From: Candidatus Latescibacterota bacterium
GTDB taxonomy: Bacteria; Latescibacterota; UBA2968; GCA-2709665
Direction of reading: 5' to 3'
DNA: 64,000 nt
Assembly (NCBI GenBank): GCA_965205485.1
Contig: OZ242180.1
Coordinates: forward strand, 3,840,001 to 3,904,000
Shown: piece after piece, positions 37,400 to 47,245 of the stretch
Layout: each line of letters opens with the position of its first letter
Numbering within the stretch: the first letter of the stretch is position 1
Translations under genes and position numbers: made by a program
Notes under the pieces: generated by a model
Database searches by the model: none
Seen by the model: the letters and a program-made list of their open reading frames with translations, nothing else
What the model was told of the DNA's origin: nothing

Positions 37400-38647
37400 T
37401 CACGTTACCCCGTTCAACGCGTATTCGAAGATGCGGTAGTTCATCAGTTGTTCCGACCCGTCGCGCGCCAGGTATTCCCCGTTCAGCGGGCGGTTGAGGA
37501 TGAACGGCACTTCCCGCTCCGAGAGGCCGCCATGAGAGCGCAGGCGTTCGCCGTGCAGCCCCTCGAGATCGTGATCACCCGGGGTCATGCCGATACAGAA
37601 CGCGTCGGAGGCAATCACCACGGCGTCGCCTTCGACGTCGAGCGGAAGACTGAAACGGCTCGCCGCGTCGGCCCCGGCCAGGACGGATTCAACACCGTCG
37701 ATCGATTCAATAAAGCGAATCGCGTCGAAGACATTCAGGTCTTCAAAGCAGTACACCCGGACGAATCCCCCCAGGGCGCCATGATGGCCCACGAACGCGT
37801 CGGTAATCGGACAGATGACGCGCGTTTTTCCCGATCCGAAACGCCTGTCCAGCAGGTCCTGCAGATAGATGATGTTGAACGTACCGTCCCGTGCGCATTT
37901 GTCCTTCATACCGTGATCGGCCACCAGCGCCACCGTTGCGCCGAGCCGATCGAGTTCCGCGCATCGCCGGTCGACCGATCGATAGAAATCCAGGGCGACA
38001 GGATGGTCAGGGGGGTACCTGTGCTGGACGTAATCCGTAAGCGACAGGTACGCCAGGCGCGGCCGGCTGCCCTCTTCCAGAAACCGGATGCCGGCGTCGA
38101 GTACGAACAGGGAAAGCGCGTCTGTATACATGCCTGGCAACGGCCGGCCGACCCAGCCGAGGGCGTCCTGAATTCCGTTCTCGAGGAGCGTGCATCGGTC
38201 TGCGCATTGAGAAGAGAAACAGATGTTGCCCTTGCCCACGTCCATTCCCTTGCCGAGCTGCCGCCGGAGTTTGTCCTTCGCGGTGATGACGGCCGTTTCC
38301 ACGCCGGCCCTGGAAACGACGTCGAAAATCGTACGCGAACGCATCATCGCGGGGCCCGTCATGGGAACCGCTTCACCGGTATGCCGGTCCAGATAGAAGT
38401 TGCCGGAAACACCGTGCACAGAGGGCGGGGCGCCTGTGGCGATGGAGAGGTTGTTGGGATTCGTGAAGCTCGGAATGACGCAGTGGGCTGCCCCGGTGAA
38501 ACCGGAATCCATGAATCGGGCGATGGCGGGAATCGCTCCGGCTTTCCTCGCGGCCTCAATGTACTCCGGATCGCCGCCGTCGACACAAATGACGGCGACC
38601 GGGGACTGCGGAATGCGATAGTTCACGCCGTTGAGTTCAATCTTCAT
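37400..38647 (-). CDS. phnA: Phosphonoacetate hydrolase
   Basis: VICVDGG, PSFTNPNNLSIATG, TAKDKLR, YLSLTDYVQH, ADHGMK, LRSHGG. Confidence 0.92.
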   Translation of the reverse strand: MKIELNGVNYRIPQSPVAVICVDGGDPEYIEAARKAGAIPAIARFMDSGFTGAAHCVIPSFTNPNNLSIATGAPPSVHGVSGNFYLDRHTGEAVPMTGPAMMRSRTIFDVVSRAGVETAVITAKDKLRRQLGKGMDVGKGNICFSSQCADRCTLLENGIQDALGWVGRPLPGMYTDALSLFVLDAGIRFLEEGSRPRLAYLSLTDYVQHRYPPDHPVALDFYRSVDRRCAELDRLGATVALVADHGMKDKCARDGTFNIIYLQDLLDRRFGSGKTRVICPITDAFVGHHGALGGFVRVYCFEDLNVFDAIRFIESIDGVESVLAGADAASRFSLPLDVEGDAVVIASDAFCIGMTPGDHDLEGLHGERLRSHGGLSEREVPFILNRPLNGEYLARDGSEQLMNYRIFEYALNGVT

Positions 38648-39669
38648 CTTGCTCCGGGAACGGCCGGTACGTCTGCGATGGTCTGCTCCTTCCACGAGCG
38701 GATGGCCGCTTCGATAACTTCCTGCACGGCCAGCCCTTCTTCGCCGGACCCCTCGATTTCCGACTGGGGCGCGCCTTCGTCCAGTTGCTCGATCCAACGG
38801 TTGATGCGTCTTGGAAAGGTGTCCTCGAAGACCAGACCGCCCATAATGGAGTTTCGAACGACGGTGAGTTCCTCGGACCGTCTCGGATACAGCGTCAGGT
38901 CCTCAAAGCAGTTGTCCAGGACGAAACGTCCCTCGCTTCCAAGCACCTCGCAGCGTTCCAGGTTGTGAGCCGGATTGGTGTCGTAGCTGCCGGTCAGGTG
39001 GCCCACGACGTCATTCTCGAATTGCATGTTGATCTGCGCGTTCGACCAGCACACCGGGGCATTGACTCCGCTGCGACCAGGCGCTTTGTTCAGAAATGCT
39101 TGTACCCGCTTGATATTTCCGCAAAAGTACCGCATGATGTCGATCGAGTGGGGGTGCAGGGCCCGAAGGTGGAACCAGGGGGAAGTCTCGTTAGGGTTGC
39201 CGATCCACATGGTCATGTTGATGAGCAGCAGGTGGCCCAGTCGTCCCTCTTCGATCCAGCCCCTGGCTTTCGCCGCGGGCGGGACGAACCGGTGGTTCAG
39301 GTTGATGCCGAACCGGACGTCGCATTCACGCGCTTTCCTGACCATCTGCCGGGCGTGGTCGATGTTGTTGCTTATGGGCTTTTCGCACAGGACGTGCAAA
39401 CCGGCTTCCATGCACTGGATCGCGGGTTCGTAATGGTCGCCGCCGTTCTCGAAGCCGCCGGTCGCTACGCTCACGGCATCGAGTTCCTCGCGCCGAAGCA
39501 TTTCGCGAACGTCGTAGAACGGTTTCGCGTTCAATCGCTCCGCCGCGCTGTCCGCGCGTACCCTGACAAAGTCGCAGACGGCAACGAGTTCCGTTCTGCT
39601 GTTGTTGACGTATACCGAGGCATGCTGGCCGCCAATGCCGCGCATGCCGATGACGCCGACGCGGATCAT
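38644..39669 (-). CDS. Gfo/Idh/MocA family oxidoreductase
   Basis: VGVIGMRGIG, HVLCEKP, LNHRF, HSIDIMRY. Stop overlaps the phnA start (ATGA). Confidence 0.9.
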   Translation of the reverse strand: MIRVGVIGMRGIGGQHASVYVNNSRTELVAVCDFVRVRADSAAERLNAKPFYDVREMLRREELDAVSVATGGFENGGDHYEPAIQCMEAGLHVLCEKPISNNIDHARQMVRKARECDVRFGINLNHRFVPPAAKARGWIEEGRLGHLLLINMTMWIGNPNETSPWFHLRALHPHSIDIMRYFCGNIKRVQAFLNKAPGRSGVNAPVCWSNAQINMQFENDVVGHLTGSYDTNPAHNLERCEVLGSEGRFVLDNCFEDLTLYPRRSEELTVVRNSIMGGLVFEDTFPRRINRWIEQLDEGAPQSEIEGSGEEGLAVQEVIEAAIRSWKEQTIADVPAVPGAR

Positions 39670-39762
39670 ACCCGTGCTCCTTGTGATGAAACAGAATGCC
39701 GTTAACACCCGGGCCGCGGGCAAGTCATTCTGCCGGGGCCGGTTCCCGCGATTCTTTTAAAT

Positions 39763-40557
39763 TTATTCAAACAGCGGCCGGAAGTAGTCGAACGACCGCC
39801 GGAGAACGCCGTCGACGTCGTCCACGCCCATGTCCCGCGTACCGACGATTTCCAGAACCGCGTATTTGAGCCCCGGGATCTTTCGGAAGGCGGCTGCCTG
39901 CGCGTGGAGATCCATATCTCCCTGACCGGCGACCTGGTTTTCAACCGGCCCGATTGCCGACTGTCGGCCCTTGACGTCGCGGATTCTCAGTGAAATGATG
40001 TACCGGCTGATCCTGCCGACGCTATCTTCGGGTACCTCGCGCTGCGGGCTGCGCCAGATATGGGTCGCGTCGTAGTTGATTCCGACCCACTTCCGATCGA
40101 CCCGTTGCATGAACCGGAAAGCCGTATCTGTGTTGTAGACGGCATTGCCGACGTGAGGTTTGATGCCGAGCCTGACGCCGCGTTGGGCGGCCTCGACCGC
40201 GAGGGCGTTGATTTTATCCACGGCGGCCATAAACCCCTCTTCGCTGTCAGGTTTCCCGCCGGGGCCGGTTGTGACGAGGGGCGCGCCGACCGAGGCCGCC
40301 GCATCCAGGATGCGCAGGAAGCGGTCCCCGTCGTCCAGGTTGCCGCTTGCGCCGAGAGATTCGATCGCCAAGCCGTGACTTCCGGCGCGACGTCTGATAT
40401 CCCGGTAGTACGCGTCGCGCCCGCCGATAACCAGGTGAGGCGCCATTCCCGGAATACAACAGAGTTCGATCGCCCGGTAGCCCGCCGCCTGTATCCGTTC
40501 CATCGCGACTTCCAGGTCGTACCCACCATATAGTATCGTGCTGCATCCGAGGTCCAT
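39763..40557 (-). CDS. Xylose-isomerase-like TIM barrel (sugar-phosphate isomerase/epimerase, IolE-like)
   Basis: AGYRAIEL, LGIKPH, GINYDATH, RDVKG, GQGDMD, VLEI. Confidence 0.8.
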   Translation of the reverse strand: MDLGCSTILYGGYDLEVAMERIQAAGYRAIELCCIPGMAPHLVIGGRDAYYRDIRRRAGSHGLAIESLGASGNLDDGDRFLRILDAAASVGAPLVTTGPGGKPDSEEGFMAAVDKINALAVEAAQRGVRLGIKPHVGNAVYNTDTAFRFMQRVDRKWVGINYDATHIWRSPQREVPEDSVGRISRYIISLRIRDVKGRQSAIGPVENQVAGQGDMDLHAQAAAFRKIPGLKYAVLEIVGTRDMGVDDVDGVLRRSFDYFRPLFE

Positions 40558-40683
40558 GGGTTTCGCCTTCCTTTTCGCAGAGCGTTTGTATTCAACGAAT
40601 TGGCGGCAGATAAGTAAGCGGTCGAACCGGCGCTTGTCAAGCCGATTCCGGTCGTAATCGACGCGCCCGGTGAAATTCCTGAC

Positions 40684-40712
40684 TTGATCCTGATCACGAT
40701 TGGGATTATATT
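40684..40712 (+). promoter_or_regulatory. Putative sigma70 promoter of the STAS gene
   Basis: TTGATC-17 nt-TATATT. Confidence 0.45.
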
Positions 40713-40811
40713 GGTTGGCAGCGAATCTTTCCGGATCATACCGACTGAAACGCGTCATTGCGGTTGGTGCGGCAATCTGCCGTAACCCGAAACCATCGAG
40801 GGGGAAGAACC

Positions 40812-41165
40812 ATGAAAATCATTGAGGAGATCAGGGAGGATGTTGCCGTCCTGACGGTGACGGGCGCCCTGATGTCCGGTCCCGAAGTGGCCGAATTTCA
40901 CGACCATATCAAGCGGTTGGTAAAAGACGGCATCAGCCGGGTGGTGGTCGATTTTTCAAAGGTGAAATGGTTTGGGAGTTCGATGCTCGGCGTCATGACC
41001 GCCAGTCTGACGACGGTCCGGCATGCGGGTGGAGATATGCGTCTCACGGGCATTACCCGCAAGATCGAAAGTATCCTGATGGTCACGCAGCTGGCGGGGA
41101 TTTTCAGGACCCTGGATACCGTGGACCGTGCGGTAGCCAGCTTCAGGACACAGCCGCCCGAATAA
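40812..41165 (+). CDS. STAS-domain anti-sigma-factor antagonist
   Basis: VAVLTVTGAL, VVVDFSKVKWFGSSMLG, GGDMRLTG, ILMVTQL. Confidence 0.85.
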   Translation: MKIIEEIREDVAVLTVTGALMSGPEVAEFHDHIKRLVKDGISRVVVDFSKVKWFGSSMLGVMTASLTTVRHAGGDMRLTGITRKIESILMVTQLAGIFRTLDTVDRAVASFRTQPPE

Positions 41166-41338
41166 AGCCGTCCGCCAACTGGAAGCAAGTACGAAAGCGT
41201 CTCTGTCCGTCCGGGATAGAGGCGCTTTTGATCGTTTGGTCCGGTGGACCGGTACGGAACGTCGTGTGTCCTCGCGCGCGGGCGCCTGAGAACACGTCAA
41301 TATCCATGTTCAAGATTCCACTCCAGTAACGATTTTCC

Positions 41339-41367
41339 TTGATACCTGAACATTTGAGTAGTATATT
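41339..41367 (+). promoter_or_regulatory. Putative sigma70 promoter of uvrA
   Basis: TTGATA-17 nt-TATATT. Confidence 0.55.
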
Positions 41368-41447
41368 TCGAATCCGTCATCTGGCGGGCGCGCCAATACA
41401 GGACGGGGCTCGCCCTCAGGCGTTGTATTCGCGATCGCGGTGATTGC

Positions 41448-44400
41448 ATGGAAACGCGTGATATCGTAATCAGGGGCGCGAGGGTTCACAACCTGAAGGA
41501 TGTGAACCTGAACCTTACCCGAAATCAGCTGATATGCTTCACCGGTGTTTCGGGCTCCGGCAAGTCCTCGCTGGCATTCGATACGATTTTTGCCGAAGGC
41601 CAGCGCCGCTACATCGAGTCCCTTTCCGCGTACGCCCGGCAGTTTCTGGGTCAGATCCGAAAGCCGGATGTGGATCAGATAACGGGTCTGTCGCCAACGG
41701 TATCCATCGAACAGAAGGCAGCCGCGCGGAATCCCAGGTCGACCGTGGGCACGATGACGGAAATCTACGACTACCTTCGCGTCCTGTACGCAAGGGTCGG
41801 AGCGCCGCATTGCGTGTCGTGCGGTACGCCGATCGGCGCACAGACACGCGACGGTATCGTGGACCGGATCATGTCGCTTGGCGCAGGAACGCGAATCCAC
41901 GTCATGGCGCCGATTGTACGCGGAAGAAAAGGCGAGTATCTCGATCTGTTCGACGATCTTAAAAGGGACGGTTACCTCCGCGTCCGTGTCGACGGACGGA
42001 TCGTGCAGCTGACCGAGTCGCAACGGCTCGAACGGCACATCCGGCACGATATAGACCTCGTCGTGGACCGGCTGGTCGTGAGGGAAGATGGACACGGGCG
42101 CACAGGCGAGGCGGTCGATGCGGCACTGGGATACGGCGGCGGCACGTTGATCGTGGGATTCGAGGAGGGTGATGACCTGCTGCTGAGTTCCAGCTTTGCC
42201 TGCACCCGGTGCGGCTTGAGCGCAACCGAGCCCACGCCTCAGCTGTTTTCGTTCAACAATCCGCAGGGGATGTGTCCCACGTGCAAGGGTCTCGGTACTC
42301 AGGTTGCACTGGATCCGGAGCGGTCTGTACCTGACGATTCGCTGTCTGTAATGGAAGGTGCAATCGCGCCGCTCGGAGAGCCGCGAAACCGGTGGAAGAT
42401 ACACTATTACAACGGTGTGCTGGCCCTCCACGGCGTCGACGTCGATACGCCGTGGAGGGGAATCTCCGGGAACGCGCGGGTGGAACTGCTGTACGGAGTG
42501 AAGAAACCCATCACGCTCCACTGGCGGAAGCGTGATGGGAGCGTCTGGACGCATTACGATTCGTTTGAGGGCATCTTTCCGCCCCTGGAACGCAGGTACG
42601 CGGAAGGTGGATCACCGGCCTTGCGGCGAAGGCTGGGACCCTACATGCGCACAGGAAGATGTCCCACGTGCCGGGGGGCGCGGTTGAGGGGCGAAGCCGA
42701 AGCGGTGACAATCGAGGGCGTATCGCTGCCGGCCGCCGCGGCGATGTCGGTTGGGGACGCGTACGCGTTCTTCAGCGGTTTGAATCTGACCTCGACCCGC
42801 CGGATGATCGCGGAAGATGCACTCAAGGAAATCACGGGCCGGCTCAGATTCCTGCTCGACGTTGGTCTGGATTATCTGACGCTGGATCGGACGGCCCCGT
42901 CCCTGTCCGGGGGCGAGGCGCAGCGCATCCGGCTGGCCGGACAGATCGGCAGCGGCCTGGTGGGGGTTACTTACGTGCTGGATGAACCCTCGATCGGGCT
43001 GCACCAGAACGACAACGAGAGGCTGCTGGACGCGCTGTGCGTGTTGCGGGACGCGGGGAATACGATCATTGTCGTGGAACACGACGAGGAAACGATGCGG
43101 AGGGCAGACTGGATCGTGGATTTCGGGCCGGGTCCCGGACACCTGGGAGGGGAGGTGGTCGCTTGCGGGCCCTGGCCCACGATCGCTTTGTCGGAGAAAT
43201 CCAGAACGGGCGCCTACCTTGCCGGGAAAGAATCGATCGCTGTACCCCGCCGCAGGGCGCATACGGGAATGTACCTGTCCGTACACGGCGCCAGGCAGAA
43301 CAACCTCACGGGAATCGACGTTAATTTCCCTCTGGGCGTGTTCAACTGCGTGACCGGGGTTTCCGGTTCAGGAAAAAGCTCGCTCGTAAACGACGTTGTC
43401 TACCGGACGCTGGCGCGTGAATTGAATCGGGCCGAAACCGAACCCGGAGAATTCGACCGGATTGAAGGCATCGATGCGCTGGATAAAGTCATCGAAATCG
43501 ACCAGCAGCCGATCGGGCGCACCCCGCGGAGCAATCCGGCAACATATACTGGCGTGTTCGGCCCCATCAGGGCGTTGTACGCTGAGCTCCCTGAATCCAG
43601 GGTGAGAGGGTACAGGCCGGGACGGTTCAGCTTCAATGTGAAAGGCGGGCGGTGCGAGGCCTGCGACGGAAATGGCGCAAATGTCGTTGAAATGGACTTT
43701 CTGGCCGACGTCTGGGTGCCTTGCGACATCTGCGACGGCAGGCGTTTCAATAGAGAAACGCTGGACGTTCGGTACAGGGACGCGTCCATTGCGGATGTGC
43801 TGGAGATGGAGGTAAAGCGGGCATGCGCCTTCTTTGCCGCCGTACCGCAGATCCATCGCATACTCGAGGTGCTGGTCGAGGTGGGGATGGGGTACGTGAA
43901 ACTCGGGCAGCCGGCGCCAACGTTGTCCGGCGGAGAAGCACAGAGGATCAAGCTGGCTAAAGAGTTGTGCCGCAAACAGACAGGGTCTACGCTTTATATC
44001 TTGGATGAACCCACGACGGGGCTGCATTTTGCAGACATACAGAATCTGCTGAGAGTGCTTCACCGGCTCGTGGATCTGGGAAACACGGTGGTGGTCATCG
44101 AGCACAACATGGATGTCGTGAAGACCGCGGACTGGGTGATCGACCTCGGGCCCGGCGGTGGGGAAGCCGGCGGGCGTGTGGTTGCGCAGGGGACCCCGGA
44201 ACACGTGGGGCGCTCCGGACGCTCCTTAACGGCTCGTCCCTTGCGTTCCGCGTTGGCGAACGGACGCGGCCCGGTGACAGCCGGCAGGGAACATCGCCGT
44301 CGGGATGAAGCCGGGGGACCCGTTCGGGAGATCCAGGTTTCCGGCGCTCGGGAGAACAACCTGCGTAACGTGGATGTGCGGATTCCTCGGGAGAGATTGA

Positions 44401-47147
44401 CCGTGGTATCGGGTGTGTCAGGTTCGGGTAAGTCTTCCCTGGCGCTGGATACGGTTTTCGCCGAGGGCCAGAGGCGATATGTGGAATCGCTATCCGCATA
44501 CGCGCGGCAGTTTCTGGGCCAGCTTCCCAAACCGAAGGTCGAGCGCGTTTTCGGGCTGTCGCCGGCGATCGCCATCGAGCAGAAAGCCGCCAGCAGGAAC
44601 CCGCGCTCTACGGTGGGGACGGTTACCGAAGTGTACGACTACCTGAGGGCACTCTTTGCACTGGTGGGAGAGGTCTATTGTCCTGACTGCGGCATGCGGG
44701 CGGGGGCGCTCGCGGTTCGGGAAATCGTCGACCGGATCCTGGAAATGCCATCGGGGAGAAGGGTATATCTGCTCAGCCCCCAACGGCCGGGCAAGGGAGA
44801 AGACTATAGCGGGTTGATTTCCAGGGGCGCGCGGGCCGGATACCTGCGGGGCCGGCTGGACGGGGACGTGTTCGACCTGAATGCCGCGCCCGAAATCGAC
44901 CACCGGCAGTCGCACAGGCTGGAAATCCTGGTGGATCGCGTCACGCTCCGGGCAGGCGTGCGGAAGCGCATCGCGGATTCCATCGAGAAGGCGCTGGTGT
45001 TGTCCGGCGGCGTCGTCATCGCGGCGTCACCCGACGACGACCTGGAAACCAGATTCAGCCAGGTTCTGTCCTGCCCGTCGTGCGGGAGAAGCTTCGAAGA
45101 GGTCGCCCCGCAGCATCTTTCGTTCAACAGCCCTGACGGCTGGTGTGCCTCTTGCGATGGCCTGGGAACCCAGAGGGGGATGGGTAAGCGCACGCTGATT
45201 CCCGATCCGCAACGGTCCTTGTCCTGCGGGGCGGTTCCGGTTCTCGGTGACCTGAAGGACGGTCCATTGGCGGCGTTGATTCAGTCCCTTGGCGAAGTGG
45301 CGGGATTCGACCTGGAAACTCCGGTCGCGCGAATGTCACGGACCGCGCAGGAGGCGCTGCTCTACGGAACCGGTGAAGGATGGATTCGGGGCGCGGACGG
45401 CTTGCGATTCCAGTACAAGGGTCTGTTCAGTTCGCTGGAGGAGCTGGCGAGGCTTTCCCCCCGGTTTCGCGAAAAGATGGGCGATCTGATTGAAGACGTG
45501 CCGTGCCGTGCGTGCAAAGGCGCGCGCCTCAAGCCGGAAAGTGCCGCCGTTCGCCTGCGCGGTACAACGCTCTGTGAACTGGTTGACCTGCCGATAGGCG
45601 CGTCGAGGCGCTGGCTTATGGACCTGGAACTGACCGGGCGAGAGCTCGATGCCGTTGGCGAAGTCCTCCAGGAAATACGCGTCCGGATGCGGTTCCTGGA
45701 CGAAGTCGGCCTGGGTTACCTTTCGCTGTCACGACGGGCGCCCACGTTGTCGGGCGGCGAAGCGCAGCGAATCCGTCTCGCCAGCCAGATTGGCTCGGGA
45801 CTGACCGGCGTCCTGTACGTGCTGGACGAGCCTACCATCGGACTTCATCAGCGGGACAATCGAAGGTTGCTTGCCGCCCTTCGCCAGCTGCGGGACCTCG
45901 GCAATACCCTCCTGGTTGTCGAGCACGATCGTGAGACGCTGGAAACCGCGGATCACATTGTGGATTTCGGACCCGGCGCCGGGGCTCACGGGGGAATGCT
46001 GGTGGCGGAGGGGCCTCCCAGACGCCTGAGTGCCGAGAACGGATCACTGACTGCGGAATACCTGGCGGGCGGGCTGGTCATCGAACGGCCGCCCCGGCGG
46101 ACGGCCCTCGAGGGGTGTCTCGAGGTGGTGGGCGCACGGCACAACAATCTGAAGGACCTGTCCGTGAAGTTTCCGCTTGGTTTGCTGATCGGCGTCACGG
46201 GTGTGTCGGGGTCGGGGAAGTCCTCGCTGGTCAACGACGTCCTCTACGGGGCGCTTGCCTCGACGGCCAACCACGTCCCGCGGTCCCCGGCCGATCACGA
46301 CGACGTCCGGGGAATGGAGTGCGTCGACAAGGTAATCAACATCGACCAGTCACCCATCGGTTTTTCGCCGCGCAGCAACCCGGCGACCTACGTGAAGGTG
46401 TTCGACAAGGTTCGAACGCTCTACGCGCAATTGCCTGATGCGCGCATACGAGGGTTTTCTCCGGGGCACTTCAGCTTCAATCACCGGAAGGGCCGCTGCG
46501 AGGCCTGCAAGGGGCTGGGTTCACGGTGTATCGAGATGCATTTTCTGCCCGATGTCTGGGTGACCTGCGAGGATTGCAACGGGAAGCGGTATAACCGGGA
46601 TGTGGTTGAGGTTCTGTACAAGGGCCGGTCGGTTGCCGACGTGCTGGACATGACGGTCGATCATGCGCTGCGGCAGTTCGAGAACGTACCCGGAATCTGC
46701 CGGACCCTCGAGACACTGGTTGACGTGGGATTGGGGTACATCAAGATGGGGCAGGCGTCCACCACCCTGTCGGGAGGGGAAGCGCAAAGGGTAAAACTCG
46801 CCAGGGAACTCGCCCGGCCGAACACGGGCAGGACCGTATACCTGCTGGACGAGCCAACCACCGGATTGCACGTTGCCGACGTTGCGAGGCTGCTCGATGT
46901 GTTGAATCGACTCGTAGACGCGGGCAATACGGTCATCGTGATCGAACACAATCTGGATGTCATCAGGACCGCGGACTGGATTATAGACCTCGGACCGGAG
47001 GGCGGAGATGAGGGCGGGTACCTGGTTGCGGACGGCACGCCGGAGGAGGTCGCCCGGGTCGATGCATCGCATACGGGCCGGTTCCTGCGAGAGGCGCTTG
47101 CCCGAGGCAACGGCAGGTTGCAGGAATCGCACGACGTTCACGTCTGA
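41448..47147 (+). CDS. uvrA: Excinuclease ABC subunit A, tandem double-length fusion (1899 aa)
   Basis: Two complete UvrA units in one frame. GVSGSGKSS and LSGGEAQR each occur four times, and AEGQRRY.ESLSAYARQFLGQ twice. Confidence 0.95.
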   Translation: METRDIVIRGARVHNLKDVNLNLTRNQLICFTGVSGSGKSSLAFDTIFAEGQRRYIESLSAYARQFLGQIRKPDVDQITGLSPTVSIEQKAAARNPRSTVGTMTEIYDYLRVLYARVGAPHCVSCGTPIGAQTRDGIVDRIMSLGAGTRIHVMAPIVRGRKGEYLDLFDDLKRDGYLRVRVDGRIVQLTESQRLERHIRHDIDLVVDRLVVREDGHGRTGEAVDAALGYGGGTLIVGFEEGDDLLLSSSFACTRCGLSATEPTPQLFSFNNPQGMCPTCKGLGTQVALDPERSVPDDSLSVMEGAIAPLGEPRNRWKIHYYNGVLALHGVDVDTPWRGISGNARVELLYGVKKPITLHWRKRDGSVWTHYDSFEGIFPPLERRYAEGGSPALRRRLGPYMRTGRCPTCRGARLRGEAEAVTIEGVSLPAAAAMSVGDAYAFFSGLNLTSTRRMIAEDALKEITGRLRFLLDVGLDYLTLDRTAPSLSGGEAQRIRLAGQIGSGLVGVTYVLDEPSIGLHQNDNERLLDALCVLRDAGNTIIVVEHDEETMRRADWIVDFGPGPGHLGGEVVACGPWPTIALSEKSRTGAYLAGKESIAVPRRRAHTGMYLSVHGARQNNLTGIDVNFPLGVFNCVTGVSGSGKSSLVNDVVYRTLARELNRAETEPGEFDRIEGIDALDKVIEIDQQPIGRTPRSNPATYTGVFGPIRALYAELPESRVRGYRPGRFSFNVKGGRCEACDGNGANVVEMDFLADVWVPCDICDGRRFNRETLDVRYRDASIADVLEMEVKRACAFFAAVPQIHRILEVLVEVGMGYVKLGQPAPTLSGGEAQRIKLAKELCRKQTGSTLYILDEPTTGLHFADIQNLLRVLHRLVDLGNTVVVIEHNMDVVKTADWVIDLGPGGGEAGGRVVAQGTPEHVGRSGRSLTARPLRSALANGRGPVTAGREHRRRDEAGGPVREIQVSGARENNLRNVDVRIPRERLTVVSGVSGSGKSSLALDTVFAEGQRRYVESLSAYARQFLGQLPKPKVERVFGLSPAIAIEQKAASRNPRSTVGTVTEVYDYLRALFALVGEVYCPDCGMRAGALAVREIVDRILEMPSGRRVYLLSPQRPGKGEDYSGLISRGARAGYLRGRLDGDVFDLNAAPEIDHRQSHRLEILVDRVTLRAGVRKRIADSIEKALVLSGGVVIAASPDDDLETRFSQVLSCPSCGRSFEEVAPQHLSFNSPDGWCASCDGLGTQRGMGKRTLIPDPQRSLSCGAVPVLGDLKDGPLAALIQSLGEVAGFDLETPVARMSRTAQEALLYGTGEGWIRGADGLRFQYKGLFSSLEELARLSPRFREKMGDLIEDVPCRACKGARLKPESAAVRLRGTTLCELVDLPIGASRRWLMDLELTGRELDAVGEVLQEIRVRMRFLDEVGLGYLSLSRRAPTLSGGEAQRIRLASQIGSGLTGVLYVLDEPTIGLHQRDNRRLLAALRQLRDLGNTLLVVEHDRETLETADHIVDFGPGAGAHGGMLVAEGPPRRLSAENGSLTAEYLAGGLVIERPPRRTALEGCLEVVGARHNNLKDLSVKFPLGLLIGVTGVSGSGKSSLVNDVLYGALASTANHVPRSPADHDDVRGMECVDKVINIDQSPIGFSPRSNPATYVKVFDKVRTLYAQLPDARIRGFSPGHFSFNHRKGRCEACKGLGSRCIEMHFLPDVWVTCEDCNGKRYNRDVVEVLYKGRSVADVLDMTVDHALRQFENVPGICRTLETLVDVGLGYIKMGQASTTLSGGEAQRVKLARELARPNTGRTVYLLDEPTTGLHVADVARLLDVLNRLVDAGNTVIVIEHNLDVIRTADWIIDLGPEGGDEGGYLVADGTPEEVARVDASHTGRFLREALARGNGRLQESHDVHV

Positions 47148-47245
47148 TGTGCACTGCCGCTCCGGTTCGTGCGAAACGTGCATCCGTACCGGGTGTAAGA
47201 TAGCGCCGGCACCGGTGTTTCACGTTAGCCGAACGGGGGAATGTG

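Noticed and set aside
35676..38647. PhnB-like gene and phnA as one phosphonate operon
   Set aside because: They are on opposite strands, and PhnB-like VOC proteins have no established role in C-P cleavage.
41285..41370. LexA/SOS box upstream of uvrA
   Set aside because: GAAC and GTTC half-sites are present, but the spacing does not match a box I recognise and the motif is not seen before the other repair genes.
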